NCBI GenBank assembly: GCA_963675595.2
Contig: CAXXLZ010000001.1
Location: forward strand, 1,280,001 to 1,344,000
Length of the DNA: 64,000 nt
From: Thermodesulfobacteriota bacterium
GTDB taxonomy: Bacteria; Desulfobacterota; Desulfarculia; JACQYL01
Direction of reading: 5' to 3'
In this document: in pieces, positions 8,448-19,096 of the stretch
Position numbering within the stretch: position 1 is the first letter of the stretch
Layout: the number at the start of each line of letters is the position of its first letter
Program-made: the position numbers and the translations under genes
Notes under the pieces: model-generated
Told to the model about the DNA's origin: nothing
What the model saw: only the letters and a program-made list of their open reading frames with translations
The model's database searches: none

Positions 8448-11400
8448 GACGCCTTCTCCCGTTCTTCATCGTCCCGAGCAAACACCGCCTGCATGGCATC
8501 CCGGCCGTAAAGCCGCATGTACCACTCGAGCGCTTTGCGGTACACTTCCCGATCCTTCGCGGAAAGGGTCCCGAGAAAGCGCCGCCTCATGTTCTTGGAC
8601 ATACCTCCGAGCGGGTGTGCGAGCTTCACGCTGATTTTGAGCCCCTTGGCCGATCCTCCCAACTCGAAATACTTTTGAAGGTATCGTTTCGCCGCCTTCA
8701 CGTCTCCGTATCGCAGAGCCCGTTTGTATTGGTAAAGAGCGTTCCCCTTCTTTGTCGGCGTAATCGACGGCATTTCTCTTCCCTGGTCCTCCAGGAAGTC
8801 GAACATCTTTTTCTTGACGTCGTAGTAAGCCGTCTCCCCGGGGTCGGATGAGTACCCTCCGAAGGCGAATATGTCGCTGAACAGTTGGCCCAAAACGGTC
8901 TCCTCCTTCCTCATCGGCTTGGGAGGCAGGTCCGTAAACTCGGACAATCCGCGAGACGCCCATACGTAGGGGGTTCCGAGAGAGAACAGCCGGGCGATAT
9001 GCTCCGCCTTGTCTCGAATCGGCCGCGGAGCCGTCGGGTCCGGCCACAAGGCCTTGCCCGTGATCGTCTCATAGATCGCTTTCTCAATCGGCCTGGTGCC
9101 CTGGAACAATCGAAGAGGACCGGCTGCGAGTCCTTCTCCGGCCTTGGTTACAATCGTCTCACGGCCGCTCACGACGTCTTTAACGTCCTCCACGACGTCT
9201 TCCGCGCCGAACCACCCCAGCGCATCAGAGAGGGCTCCTTGGAACCGAATAGACATGATCGTTCCGTCTTCCCGGCGCCCGAGGATCAGGTGAAGTTGAC
9301 GCCGTTTGTCTTCTCCGATCTCGTCCCACTCGTCCGGGAAAAACGTCATGTTGAACAGGACTACGGCCGCGTACAACGCCGAAGCCTTGACTCCGAGCTT
9401 GGTAGCCTTCCATCCAAGCACCGCGCCTACGCCCGCCTTACTCTTCCCCTCGTATTGCAGGTTCCGAAGCAGCCGGACATACCTGGGGGCGTTGATCTCC
9501 ATCCACGAATAGAACGAAATCAGGTGCCGGCGGATCCACTTGCCCGCCTCCGAAATGTTGCCGTAATCTCCGATTAGTTCTCGAGAGAGCTTCGCCGCCA
9601 TCTCGGCATCCGTCGCGGAGTCCTTCATGGACAACAGCTCGTCCCGATTCGACGCCGCGATCATGTTTTCCCCGGGCTTCCGGCCCTTCTTGATCTGGTC
9701 CTGGAAATACCTGAACGCTGCAAGTCGCAGGATGTTTTCCCGGAACGTGGTGAAGTCCTTGGATGACTTCCAGAAGCGCTTGAACAGGTTCGGTCGTTCC
9801 CCGCGGAGGACCTCGAGGAAGTCGTTCTCCGCAAGCGACGACGCTACTTCGTTGAGCTCCTGGACGGACCATCCGGAGGACGTGACTCCGAGACGCATAG
9901 CTTCGTCCATTTGCTCCTGGAGCCCCTTTGGCAAAGCGGCACGGTTGCGGTACGCCTTCAGGTCCTTCGCCGCCTTCCAGGCATATTTGAAAATCTTCGG
10001 GTCATAGGCCATCACAATATCGGCGTCGCCCGACAGGTTGTTCAGGTTGTATCTGATCCACCGGAACGGGTTCACCAGGGTCCATATTTTCCAACCGCTT
10101 TGAACCTTGGCCGACGCCTTCGACAAGACGTGATCGTCTAACGGCGGATTCAAGTTGTCCAAGGTCTTGGCAAGGTCCACGGGAACGGCCCATGCCTGTC
10201 CCGGTACCCGGGCCCACACTTGCGGGATTTTGTCCGGCAGAGGTTCCCCGGCGCGGACCCGTTCGAGGACGGAATCGGTGATGCTGTTCACACGAAAGAA
10301 CACGCCGCCCGGTTTCGGTTGCCATGCGGTGAAGCCCGGAGGGAGGAAATCATCCCACTCGGACCTGTCGGACCCGAGGACGTCATTGATGACTACAAGT
10401 CGCTGGTTCCTGCCCTTGTAGAATCCAAAGGCCGCTCCTTTTGCCGCGTGGCCGGTTTGAACCAAATGGCTCAAAAGCTCAAACAGGTTCATCCCCGTTA
10501 CGTCGATTCGCAGCTCCGAGCCCGTGGCTTTGTTTTTTTGGGCTTGTTGGACGCGGGCATGTTCGGACGCGAGCTTGGCGACGATCTTGTTGAATTGGTT
10601 GGGTAGTCCGGCCAACTCTCCATCGGAGGCCATCTTTGCCAAACGGTGAAGCGCTCGGCCCATGCGAACGCCGCCGCCCTTCATGCGGGCGTCAAGCTCG
10701 GCGAACGCCTTCATATCTTTCTTTTCGAGATCGGCCCATTTCTCCGCGAACATGGCATCGTTGGCGGCCTTGGCCCGCGCTTCAAGAGCCGGACGAACAT
10801 CGGCAACCTGCTTCATCCGGTCCATGGCTTTCTTCGTTTCGACCTGGGCGAGCCCTTGGGCGATCACTTCGAATTCCGACTGGAAATAATCGGTGGAGTA
10901 GTCCTTTACGGACCCCTTTCGGGCGATCTGCCACCCTTTGCGGTGCATCCGCAAGTCCCGGGATCCGGTTCCCGGGGCGAGGTTGTACGACTCCCCGAGC
11001 GCTCTGGCCGCACGATACTCGAGAACCTGGTGGTGGAAATACCGATCATCATCGAGGACGGACTTATCAAGAAGGTCCTCCTCGACCAGGGAGCGCTTAA
11101 GCGCCCGCATAAAGTCGTGCCGCACCTTGATCGCCGTAGACACGCCCTCGTTTTCCAATGCTTGCCGACGGATGTGCGTCGCGTAGTCCCGCGCCGTTTG
11201 TTCGTCGAAGCCGAAAGGTAGCTTGCCGTCTTGGTCGGGCTTCAAGAGTCCGGAGTCCATGTCGCGGATCATGTCGTCCATGACCAAGTGAAGTTCGAAG
11301 AGACGTTTCTCTTGCATCGTTTTCATCGGTCGAACGATGTCGGCGAGTTGTTCCTGGGCTTTACGCCGGCTGTTCTCCGACGTCTCTTGGAACAATCGAA

Positions 11401-14400
11401 GGATATTCAGCTCGGCCCCGAAGGTGTCCGGGTCCAGATGCTCGTGAGCCCTGGTGAACTGGTTTTTGGTCCAGGCCACGGAGGCGCGGAGTTTTTGCGC
11501 CAATGAGGCAATGGGTATTCCTTTCGAAGACACATCCAAGCGTTTCTTCACGTCTTCCGGGAGTCCGGCGTAGAGTCCGGAAAGGTCTGGCGACTTGGAC
11601 CGAAGGGAAAACATGGGCTGGCCTGCTTCGAGAACCGAATCCCGCATTTTGTCGTTAATCGGCACGAAGTGGACGGCTTGTATGTCCTGTTCGCCCGTGT
11701 CAATTTTGGTGGTTCCGACCTTGACACCCCATTTTTTGACGTACTTGTTCACTAGAGACGTAAGTATTTTGTCGTAGAAGGCGACCATCCCTTGGCTTGC
11801 ATGCTCTACTGTATCGTTCAAGGCGTAGAATACATATCCGTCGTCATTGTCTGGACGACTTAAAAGGTCGTTCGCTGCGTTTTGGCCTATGTAGTCTGCC
11901 AAGTCGGCCTGCGAAACCTTTCTTTGGGTGAACAAATAATTGTCGTCCTGGTCAAAAGCCGTTAATTCATTGTGGGCTCTATCGTATGAAACAGATGTAA
12001 TATAATCGGTTAGCTTATATCTGTTGGATTGCTGCTTTCCCGTTGTCCAGGCCACGCCGTCCATGTTTTGCTCTGCGGCCTTTCTAAGCATAAACTTAAA
12101 CCCTAACAACGGCCAAGACTGCTTCCATGGTGCGTCTGCAACCGAACCCCTCTTCGTTGGATCGTAACCCTTTTTCCTTCCTTTTTGGTGCCAATCACTT
12201 TGTATTTCTTCAATAAATAAAAGACGACCGTCGCCGGAAGAGCTGTCTCGAACACTTGTTCTGGTATGTAAAATAGGGTTCTTGTCTCCACTGAAATGGT
12301 TGCTATAGAAAAGCTCTTCGTCAATATCAAACGAAAAAACATGCTCATTATACAACGATAATGGTCCGCCTAAAACATACTGACCGTATTGCGTATACAT
12401 GTGATTCTGTGCTTTGTATGCAAATACATCGTTTGATAATTCATCGACAAAAAAATCAGGATACAAAGACAAAACCACTTCATCATACAGCACTCTAACG
12501 TCGATATTTTCAACATCGTAAAAAATGTGGTGGCTACCGTTGTTTGCTAATAGTTCGCTAAAGATTTTGTCCTGATGCTCCATTAAATACGCAACGGCGT
12601 TTTTCGCCGAGACACGCACTTCTTCAGGTGTAAAGAAATAAGGATCTTTCGTAGACTCCGCTTCTGAGTTCGCCACGTCAATGTCTAAAAGAAGCGTCGT
12701 TAGAGCGTCATCACTTTCCGATGTCAACGTCTTAAAGAAGCCGGTTATGGCGTTATAGACAGATGTAGCCTTGGCGTGTAGGCCGTCACTGTCGGAAAAA
12801 GGCCTTTCGCCCTTCCATATATCAAGAATGTTGGGCGTTGCAGCCCTAACAAAACCAATTACATCGTCTTTGGTTACCTGTCGCTCGTTGCGAGCTTCAA
12901 GCCACTCTACCATACCCGACCAATCAAGCTCTTCCTGCTTGAACTCGCCCTTCCGAGCAAAGCCCTGCACCATTTCAGCGAACCCTTTTCCGGTTCCCTT
13001 GTGCGGCAATTTCTTTTCCAAAACCCGCTGCATATGAGAATACAGCACCGGCCCCTTGGCCGAGAAAGACATGCCGGCTCCGCCCCGCCCGACCGCCTGC
13101 CTTGCCTTCGAGATCAAGTCCCGAATTTCCGCGTCGGACAACTTGAGTCCGGGGAACAACCGCCGCAACGCCTTGCGAACCGCCGCGATCAATCGATCCA
13201 GAAAGGACGCCTTGAACTCCGGATCCCGCGCGAGCTTGGCGACGGCTTCTTCGATGGCCTGCAACTTCTGTTCTCGGTCCTTCAGGTCCAGCCCGTAGTT
13301 GTCCGCGATTCCTCGGGCGGATCGCGCTACCCGACTATTCAGCCACGCCGCGTTCAGGATCGGCGTTAGGTCTTCTCCAAGTACGGCGCGAAGTCCGAAG
13401 TGACCCACCATCTCTTCAAGGTAGACACGCTGCGCCCGCTCAGGCGAGGATAGATTGTCGGCTACGAGGTAGACTTTGCCGTCATGGTAGACGCCTTCGA
13501 CTCGCCCTTCGTAACCTCGTGCTTGAATGATTTTGCGAACGGCTTCGGGTAGATCGGACTCGGATTGCACTATTGCAACGTCGGCCGGCAGTTGCGCGTT
13601 GTCGGTCGCGGAGCGCACCGCTTCCGTCACGGCTTCGACCGAGTTTTTCTTTTCGGCGGGTTTTTCCGAAAGGGAAAACTTCCCCGCATCTTTGGCGGGT
13701 TTTTCTTTGGAGGCTTCAGTGTCGGTGGTCTTCTCGCTCGACTCCCGGTCGGACTGTTTCTTGTCCCCGGACCCATCTTTCTTTTTCCGAGCCGCCGACT
13801 TCTTTTTCCCGGATTCGGATTTCTTTTTCCCTACTTCGTCTTTTTGCTTCCCGGCACGATCACCTGCCCGTACCGTTCGTTCATCCTTCTTTTCAGACGT
13901 TTGTGTCTCTGCGCCGCGATCTCGTCCCCTTCCGGAACCAGGCTCCCCTCCCTCACCATCTGTTCCAGCTCCTTGGCGAGCGCCTGGAGTTCTTCCTGCG
14001 ACAGCTTCCGGGATTCGTTCGGCGACGGCTTCGTAGAATTCTCGTTTGATTCCATCCGCTTCCCTCGGACTTCCCGCCTTGGACAATCGCAAGGCGTACT
14101 CGTTCAACAACTCGCTGATCGGCCCACCCTGAAAACCGGCCAGCTTGTCAAAGGCGTCCTTCATGAACGCCGCGCGTTCGGCCGCCGACCGATTGTCCGC
14201 TACCTTGATTGTGTTGCCGACCTCGGACAGTCGTTCCGCCTTGCCCGCATTTGCTACGGCGGAAAATAGGCGCTTGTCGTCGACAAACCTGCCCACAGCA
14301 TACTCTCGCAGCGCCGCGCGGTCCATCAATACCGGGCGAGTCCCGAAAAAATCTTCTTCGCCGAACAGGGACGCCTGGGTCCCCCTCGTCGTGGGAATCC

Positions 14401-17400
14401 CCTTGACCTCGTTGATCAACTCCCTCAAAAAAGCCGGCGATATTTTGCGCCCCTTGGAACGCTCCTTGTCCACCGCCTTCATGACTTCGAGTTGCGCCCG
14501 CTGGTCCTCGAGTCCTTCCCCCAAGACGACGCCGAGTCCCTGGTCGAGTTCTCCGCTCTCCACCTGTCCGAAAATACTCGGGTGTAGCTGGGACAGAGCC
14601 GCGCCCTTGCGGGCCAAGTCGCCCTTCAAGGAAACCTTGAATTTTTCCATCAACTCCTTCGGGGTGATGCCCTTTTCACGCATGAAATGCGCTACGTCTT
14701 CCGGTCGGCCGTTGCCTTCGGCTATGTTGATCGCCGCGCCCTTCAGCTTGGCGTCCTGCCACGTCTCCGCCTGCAGGAAACGCACGTCCACGTCGGGAAC
14801 GCCTGCACGCTTCGCCAGGTCATAGCGATGATGGCCGTTGACGACGTAGGCTTTCCCGTCTTCCGGATCGAACCAAACCGACAACACACCGCCCAACTCC
14901 GGATCATACTCCTGCACGTCGCTGAGTTTGGATCCGGCTCCGGTTCTGGAATTCACGTCGCGCTTGAACTGGAACCGGTCGGGATCCACATTCAGGTCCT
15001 CGGTCTTCATCCGCACAATGCGGGAATCCGTGGGGATGGTGTCCCGATCAATCGTTCCGTCTTCGCGGACCACGATCGAAGAAGGGGCGGTCGCCCGTTC
15101 TATCTCCTCGTCCTGCTCGGCACGTTCCCTGCGCCGTTGCTCCCAAGGCGGAACCTGCTTGACCTTTCCCGTCGCCTCATCCGCCGTCGCCGCCTCTTCC
15201 GGCTCGGTATCCGGAGGCGGGGGCGTAATCGTGGGCGGCTTCTTGGCTCCTTGCTCGCCGGTCTCCGCTTCACCCGCCGGGCCCGTGATGACGGCCTCGA
15301 CTCCGAGCACTTCTCCCGTGTCCCCGTCCACCACTTCTTCGAACGTGACGGCCTGGTCAGGGTCCTTGATGGCCTTCCGTACTTCCTTATGGAGCGCTGC
15401 GGACTTCTCGTTCCGGAACGGACGATCGTTTTTCGTACGCACCCGGCGCGTAACGATTTCCGGCTCCTTCGGCGGCTCTTCGCTTGACTCTTCCGCGCCC
15501 GGAGGAGGGGGTGCCACGGTGGCGGGTTCGGAAGGCTTCTTCTGGCCTTCGTCGGAGTTCCGCGCCGAATCCTCAGGCTTCAGAGGACTTCCTCCCCCTC
15601 CCAAGAGATGGTTCGCGTAGTCGTAACCCGTCTTGCCAAGGTCCGACCCGTTAACCAAATAAACGGTTTTGGTGCCCGCATCCTTGATACGTTGTTCGTA
15701 CTCGTGTTGTGCCTTATATGAATCCAGGCGGTTGAACGTGGCGCGATTCCATTTCAACTTAGGCTCCTCAAGGGAGCTTGTTTCCAACCTTCCCTCTTCG
15801 AACAACGAATCAATCCGATCTCGGATGCTCGACACCTCACCGGTGTCTTGAAACCTAAGTTCCTTCTCAAGCGCTTTTTTAGCCCTGCCCTTCTCCATGG
15901 GCGACTTGGAGCGGACGAAACCGTTCCACCGATCCTCCCGCGATGCCGCCGCCTCGTCGGTCGAAGGAGGCACTTCACCTTCCACGCCCTCCGCCACCTC
16001 ATCCGAAGGCGGAATATTAATGTCGGCGACTTCATCCGGCGCAAAGTCCTCTTCGTACTCCCCTCCGCCTTCGTCGGAACGAATGGTGACCGTCTCGCCT
16101 TCGCCCTTGGGTTCTGTCGGCTCTTGAGTGTCCGGTGCTTGCCCTACCCCTTCCTCGGTCGCATTCGTCGATCCTGGGGCAACCTCCGGCTCCGTTTTTT
16201 CGGGCCTGCCTTCGGCTTTTTTGGAATTCGCCGCGATGTAGTCCTCTGCGGACTTCAAGTTCTCCCGCCATGCTTTCGGAACCGGTCTTCCCCCTTCCTC
16301 CTGAGAGGAGATCAATTCCCGAAGCTGACGGGCGATACTTTCGGCCTGGTCTACTGTATCGAACTGCGACCAAGGCTCTACTTTTTGCCCTTCTTCCCCT
16401 GTCCCTTGCCCTTGCTCTTCTCCCGGGGTTCCGGTGCCTGCTGCGACTGCTTCTTCGGTTTTTGAGGCCTCTTCTTGGACATTGAATCCTCCTTCGGCGT
16501 CGATCTCTCGGGCTCTACGTCTGGCGTATTCCGCAACCGGCGAGTCATCTTTGTAAAGTGCGTCCACCGCCCCAACAGACCCGAGTTCCCGAATCTTCTT
16601 CTCGATGAATTGAACCTGCCCCTCGTCCAACCCTTGGGAAGCGCTTTCCTGTTTTCTGGAAGGCGTTTCCGGGGTCTTTGGAAGGTTGTTTTCGGGTGCC
16701 CGTACGGTACTTTCAACCGGTTGGGAAGGCGCTTCCGTCGCAACGGGAAGATCGGGGAACCCGAGATAATACTGGTCCGGCCCCACCTGATCCAGCGTAA
16801 CGTTAACGCCCCCCTCGAAAGCGTCTTTCAACATCCAGCCCATGCGGTGCGCCTGGCGCAACGTCAACGGCTCTCCACCCGGCATTCCAAACCCGCCCCG
16901 GCTACTGCGTTCCAAACCGAAGGCATCGTCCAGGGTCTGCTCGGAAAGCTGCTCAGGCTTGAATTGTCCCTGCTCCGGACTCCACGGCTTCCACCCGGGT
17001 TCCTCAGGAGTTGTCTCTGGGGCAATAGGCGTATGATCCGCCACCATGGGCGGTCCCTGCCGCCGAGCATCCGACGAAGCCAACGGACCCGTAGGCCGCG
17101 CCGCTTCCGCGGGAGTCTCGGTCGTCTCAGGCCCCAATAGGTTGATCTCCTCGCCGCTCGCCAACCGGTCCGGCATGACCCGCTGCTTCGGATTCGCAAC
17201 AGGCGTGAATTCGTCCTGTTCTCCAAAAGCGATGGTGCCGTCCGGTTCCACGGCCCCGGTGGGTGCGTTCTCCTCGTCGAACACCGCCCGCTTCCTGGGA
17301 GAATCTACGGTAAGGTAATCCCGTTGCGTTTGAGGCTGAGTGATTGTTGCGCCGGTTTCGGGGTCAATGGCAGACTGCTGCCGCGACGCCGCCTGCTCCG

Positions 17401-19096
17401 CCTTGACCTTGTCATACGCGGCGATCTCCTCCGCCGTAGCTTCGTCCGCCTGCGTCAAATTCAGGATGGACGAGTCGCCCTTTTTTATGGTTTGAGCTAG
17501 CGTTCCAACGGCTCCGAAAAACGGGACGGCTGCCGCTACCTGCAAAAACGTATCGGCCATCAATTTGCCCAACGGAGTACTGCCCATGTTGGCCGACCTC
17601 TTCATGGCCTCCTGGACAAGTGACGTCAACTCTTCGGTTGGCACCTCCGCGACGGCCGACTTGAACATATTGCCGCCCAAGCGCCGTAACAGCCTCGTCA
17701 TCCACTGTGTAACCGGTTCACCAATAGCCTTACGAAGAGGCTCCGCCGCTCCTTTCCCGAGAATACCCCAAAGCCGACCCGTAACCATTTCGCCTAGCGC
17801 TTCAAACGTACCCTCTGCCGCCCCGGACACAAGCGCTTGCGTGTTCACCGTCCGCTTGGCGATGTCCCGAGCGGTCTTCATGTCGGGTGCTTCGCCGGCC
17901 TTTACCAGACCCTCGGCGTATCGATCCAAAAATTGGTCATATTCAGACAACGAAAAAATCAAACCCGCACTTAACGCATGCCCTAAAAAGCCTCCGACCG
18001 GGCCACCAATCAGCGAGCCCGCGAGCGCTCCGGGGGCGCCAACCATGAGGGACGTCGCCGCCGTACCGGCACCCTGTCCAAGGAATTGCATGATAGTCTG
18101 CGGATCTGGTAGCTGTGGATGATCTTTTTTGAACTGTTCAATCTCTTCGTCGGTCTTGATTCCGAGCGCACGCGCCGCGTGCAGGGCAACGTTGTAGGCT
18201 TCCCAATTTCCTTGGTTCAAATAATCGAAGAACGAAAGATTGTTGAGTTGTTTCCCCTTGGCTTCGGATTGCTGCGCGGCCATTTCCGCTTCCCGGTCCT
18301 TGGCCGCTGCGCTCTGCTCGATGTTTTCCGCCGGAGGTTGCGCCGTAACGGCCGTTCCACGTCCGCCCTGAGCCAACGGGCCGGTAAGATAAGACGTGCT
18401 TGACTCTACAGGCGCGTATAAGCCGGAATCATCTTGGGCTTGCATGGTAGGTGGAGAAGCCGAAGCCGTGCTCGTGCTCGAAGATAGGGGGCCGGTAGGG
18501 GGCCGGTCGCCTGCAAGGGTGTCATAGAAGCCCTTAACCTTGTCTGCATGGGTCAAAGACTTCGGTCCGACATACCGGCGGGCGAGACGTTCCTGTTCCT
18601 CGGACGGCTGCTCATACGCCAACGTGTTCAAATAAGCCGGAGCCGCCGAAGGACCGGCATGATAGGCAAGTGCGACGTTGCGCGGGTCTTCCCCGACCTT
18701 CGGGACAATGTATTGCTTCACGTACCGCGCCGCCGCGTCGGCCGCTTTGGCGAAGTCAAAGGCGTCTTCTTCCGTAATGCCAAGCTCCTTCTGAGTGCCG
18801 GGCATGATCTGAAATGCGCCGGCGGCTCTGCCTTGTCCGGGCACCTCGGGGCCGACCGTTTTCGGGTTGCCGGACGTTTCGGCGTACATCATGGCCTCGA
18901 GTAACAACGGATCCACGCCGTACCGCGCCCCGGCTTCCTGAAGAATGGCCCGCTTCTGCTCGATGCCCGGCACGTCCGGAATCGCGCCGCCGGGTTGCCC
19001 GCTTTGCGCCGAACTCGGGTCCGGAGACGCATTCGACGGCGCTTCCTCCTGCCCGTCAAACCAATCCAACACGCCCGACAAGAAAGACTTGCTCAC
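8444..19096 (-). CDS. Giant (~3550 aa) polyvalent internal virion protein: lytic transglycosylase, ParB-like, zincin-like and LPD-type modules
   Basis: SLT motifs AETSGNP, GAFQIMPGT and AYHAGP; ParB-like VNGHHRY; GVYHDG...EEMVGHFGL; EEIQSDWHQ domain; GTG start overlapping the upstream stop. Confidence 0.85.
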   Translation of the reverse strand: MSKSFLSGVLDWFDGQEEAPSNASPDPSSAQSGQPGGAIPDVPGIEQKRAILQEAGARYGVDPLLLEAMMYAETSGNPKTVGPEVPGQGRAAGAFQIMPGTQKELGITEEDAFDFAKAADAAARYVKQYIVPKVGEDPRNVALAYHAGPSAAPAYLNTLAYEQPSEEQERLARRYVGPKSLTHADKVKGFYDTLAGDRPPTGPLSSSTSTASASPPTMQAQDDSGLYAPVESSTSYLTGPLAQGGRGTAVTAQPPAENIEQSAAAKDREAEMAAQQSEAKGKQLNNLSFFDYLNQGNWEAYNVALHAARALGIKTDEEIEQFKKDHPQLPDPQTIMQFLGQGAGTAATSLMVGAPGALAGSLIGGPVGGFLGHALSAGLIFSLSEYDQFLDRYAEGLVKAGEAPDMKTARDIAKRTVNTQALVSGAAEGTFEALGEMVTGRLWGILGKGAAEPLRKAIGEPVTQWMTRLLRRLGGNMFKSAVAEVPTEELTSLVQEAMKRSANMGSTPLGKLMADTFLQVAAAVPFFGAVGTLAQTIKKGDSSILNLTQADEATAEEIAAYDKVKAEQAASRQQSAIDPETGATITQPQTQRDYLTVDSPRKRAVFDEENAPTGAVEPDGTIAFGEQDEFTPVANPKQRVMPDRLASGEEINLLGPETTETPAEAARPTGPLASSDARRQGPPMVADHTPIAPETTPEEPGWKPWSPEQGQFKPEQLSEQTLDDAFGLERSSRGGFGMPGGEPLTLRQAHRMGWMLKDAFEGGVNVTLDQVGPDQYYLGFPDLPVATEAPSQPVESTVRAPENNLPKTPETPSRKQESASQGLDEGQVQFIEKKIRELGSVGAVDALYKDDSPVAEYARRRAREIDAEGGFNVQEEASKTEEAVAAGTGTPGEEQGQGTGEEGQKVEPWSQFDTVDQAESIARQLRELISSQEEGGRPVPKAWRENLKSAEDYIAANSKKAEGRPEKTEPEVAPGSTNATEEGVGQAPDTQEPTEPKGEGETVTIRSDEGGGEYEEDFAPDEVADINIPPSDEVAEGVEGEVPPSTDEAAASREDRWNGFVRSKSPMEKGRAKKALEKELRFQDTGEVSSIRDRIDSLFEEGRLETSSLEEPKLKWNRATFNRLDSYKAQHEYEQRIKDAGTKTVYLVNGSDLGKTGYDYANHLLGGGGSPLKPEDSARNSDEGQKKPSEPATVAPPPPGAEESSEEPPKEPEIVTRRVRTKNDRPFRNEKSAALHKEVRKAIKDPDQAVTFEEVVDGDTGEVLGVEAVITGPAGEAETGEQGAKKPPTITPPPPDTEPEEAATADEATGKVKQVPPWEQRRRERAEQDEEIERATAPSSIVVREDGTIDRDTIPTDSRIVRMKTEDLNVDPDRFQFKRDVNSRTGAGSKLSDVQEYDPELGGVLSVWFDPEDGKAYVVNGHHRYDLAKRAGVPDVDVRFLQAETWQDAKLKGAAINIAEGNGRPEDVAHFMREKGITPKELMEKFKVSLKGDLARKGAALSQLHPSIFGQVESGELDQGLGVVLGEGLEDQRAQLEVMKAVDKERSKGRKISPAFLRELINEVKGIPTTRGTQASLFGEEDFFGTRPVLMDRAALREYAVGRFVDDKRLFSAVANAGKAERLSEVGNTIKVADNRSAAERAAFMKDAFDKLAGFQGGPISELLNEYALRLSKAGSPREADGIKREFYEAVAERIPEAVAGRTPGARQGAGTDGEGGEPGSGRGRDRGAETQTSEKKDERTVRAGDRAGKQKDEVGKKKSESGKKKSAARKKKDGSGDKKQSDRESSEKTTDTEASKEKPAKDAGKFSLSEKPAEKKNSVEAVTEAVRSATDNAQLPADVAIVQSESDLPEAVRKIIQARGYEGRVEGVYHDGKVYLVADNLSSPERAQRVYLEEMVGHFGLRAVLGEDLTPILNAAWLNSRVARSARGIADNYGLDLKDREQKLQAIEEAVAKLARDPEFKASFLDRLIAAVRKALRRLFPGLKLSDAEIRDLISKARQAVGRGGAGMSFSAKGPVLYSHMQRVLEKKLPHKGTGKGFAEMVQGFARKGEFKQEELDWSGMVEWLEARNERQVTKDDVIGFVRAATPNILDIWKGERPFSDSDGLHAKATSVYNAITGFFKTLTSESDDALTTLLLDIDVANSEAESTKDPYFFTPEEVRVSAKNAVAYLMEHQDKIFSELLANNGSHHIFYDVENIDVRVLYDEVVLSLYPDFFVDELSNDVFAYKAQNHMYTQYGQYVLGGPLSLYNEHVFSFDIDEELFYSNHFSGDKNPILHTRTSVRDSSSGDGRLLFIEEIQSDWHQKGRKKGYDPTKRGSVADAPWKQSWPLLGFKFMLRKAAEQNMDGVAWTTGKQQSNRYKLTDYITSVSYDRAHNELTAFDQDDNYLFTQRKVSQADLADYIGQNAANDLLSRPDNDDGYVFYALNDTVEHASQGMVAFYDKILTSLVNKYVKKWGVKVGTTKIDTGEQDIQAVHFVPINDKMRDSVLEAGQPMFSLRSKSPDLSGLYAGLPEDVKKRLDVSSKGIPIASLAQKLRASVAWTKNQFTRAHEHLDPDTFGAELNILRLFQETSENSRRKAQEQLADIVRPMKTMQEKRLFELHLVMDDMIRDMDSGLLKPDQDGKLPFGFDEQTARDYATHIRRQALENEGVSTAIKVRHDFMRALKRSLVEEDLLDKSVLDDDRYFHHQVLEYRAARALGESYNLAPGTGSRDLRMHRKGWQIARKGSVKDYSTDYFQSEFEVIAQGLAQVETKKAMDRMKQVADVRPALEARAKAANDAMFAEKWADLEKKDMKAFAELDARMKGGGVRMGRALHRLAKMASDGELAGLPNQFNKIVAKLASEHARVQQAQKNKATGSELRIDVTGMNLFELLSHLVQTGHAAKGAAFGFYKGRNQRLVVINDVLGSDRSEWDDFLPPGFTAWQPKPGGVFFRVNSITDSVLERVRAGEPLPDKIPQVWARVPGQAWAVPVDLAKTLDNLNPPLDDHVLSKASAKVQSGWKIWTLVNPFRWIRYNLNNLSGDADIVMAYDPKIFKYAWKAAKDLKAYRNRAALPKGLQEQMDEAMRLGVTSSGWSVQELNEVASSLAENDFLEVLRGERPNLFKRFWKSSKDFTTFRENILRLAAFRYFQDQIKKGRKPGENMIAASNRDELLSMKDSATDAEMAAKLSRELIGDYGNISEAGKWIRRHLISFYSWMEINAPRYVRLLRNLQYEGKSKAGVGAVLGWKATKLGVKASALYAAVVLFNMTFFPDEWDEIGEDKRRQLHLILGRREDGTIMSIRFQGALSDALGWFGAEDVVEDVKDVVSGRETIVTKAGEGLAAGPLRLFQGTRPIEKAIYETITGKALWPDPTAPRPIRDKAEHIARLFSLGTPYVWASRGLSEFTDLPPKPMRKEETVLGQLFSDIFAFGGYSSDPGETAYYDVKKKMFDFLEDQGREMPSITPTKKGNALYQYKRALRYGDVKAAKRYLQKYFELGGSAKGLKISVKLAHPLGGMSKNMRRRFLGTLSAKDREVYRKALEWYMRLYGRDAMQAVFARDDEEREKAS

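Noticed and set aside
8444-19096. N4-type virion RNA polymerase (similar size, N4-like capsid)
   Set aside because: No single-subunit RNAP motifs recognised; the motifs instead match SLT, ParB-like and polyvalent modules.
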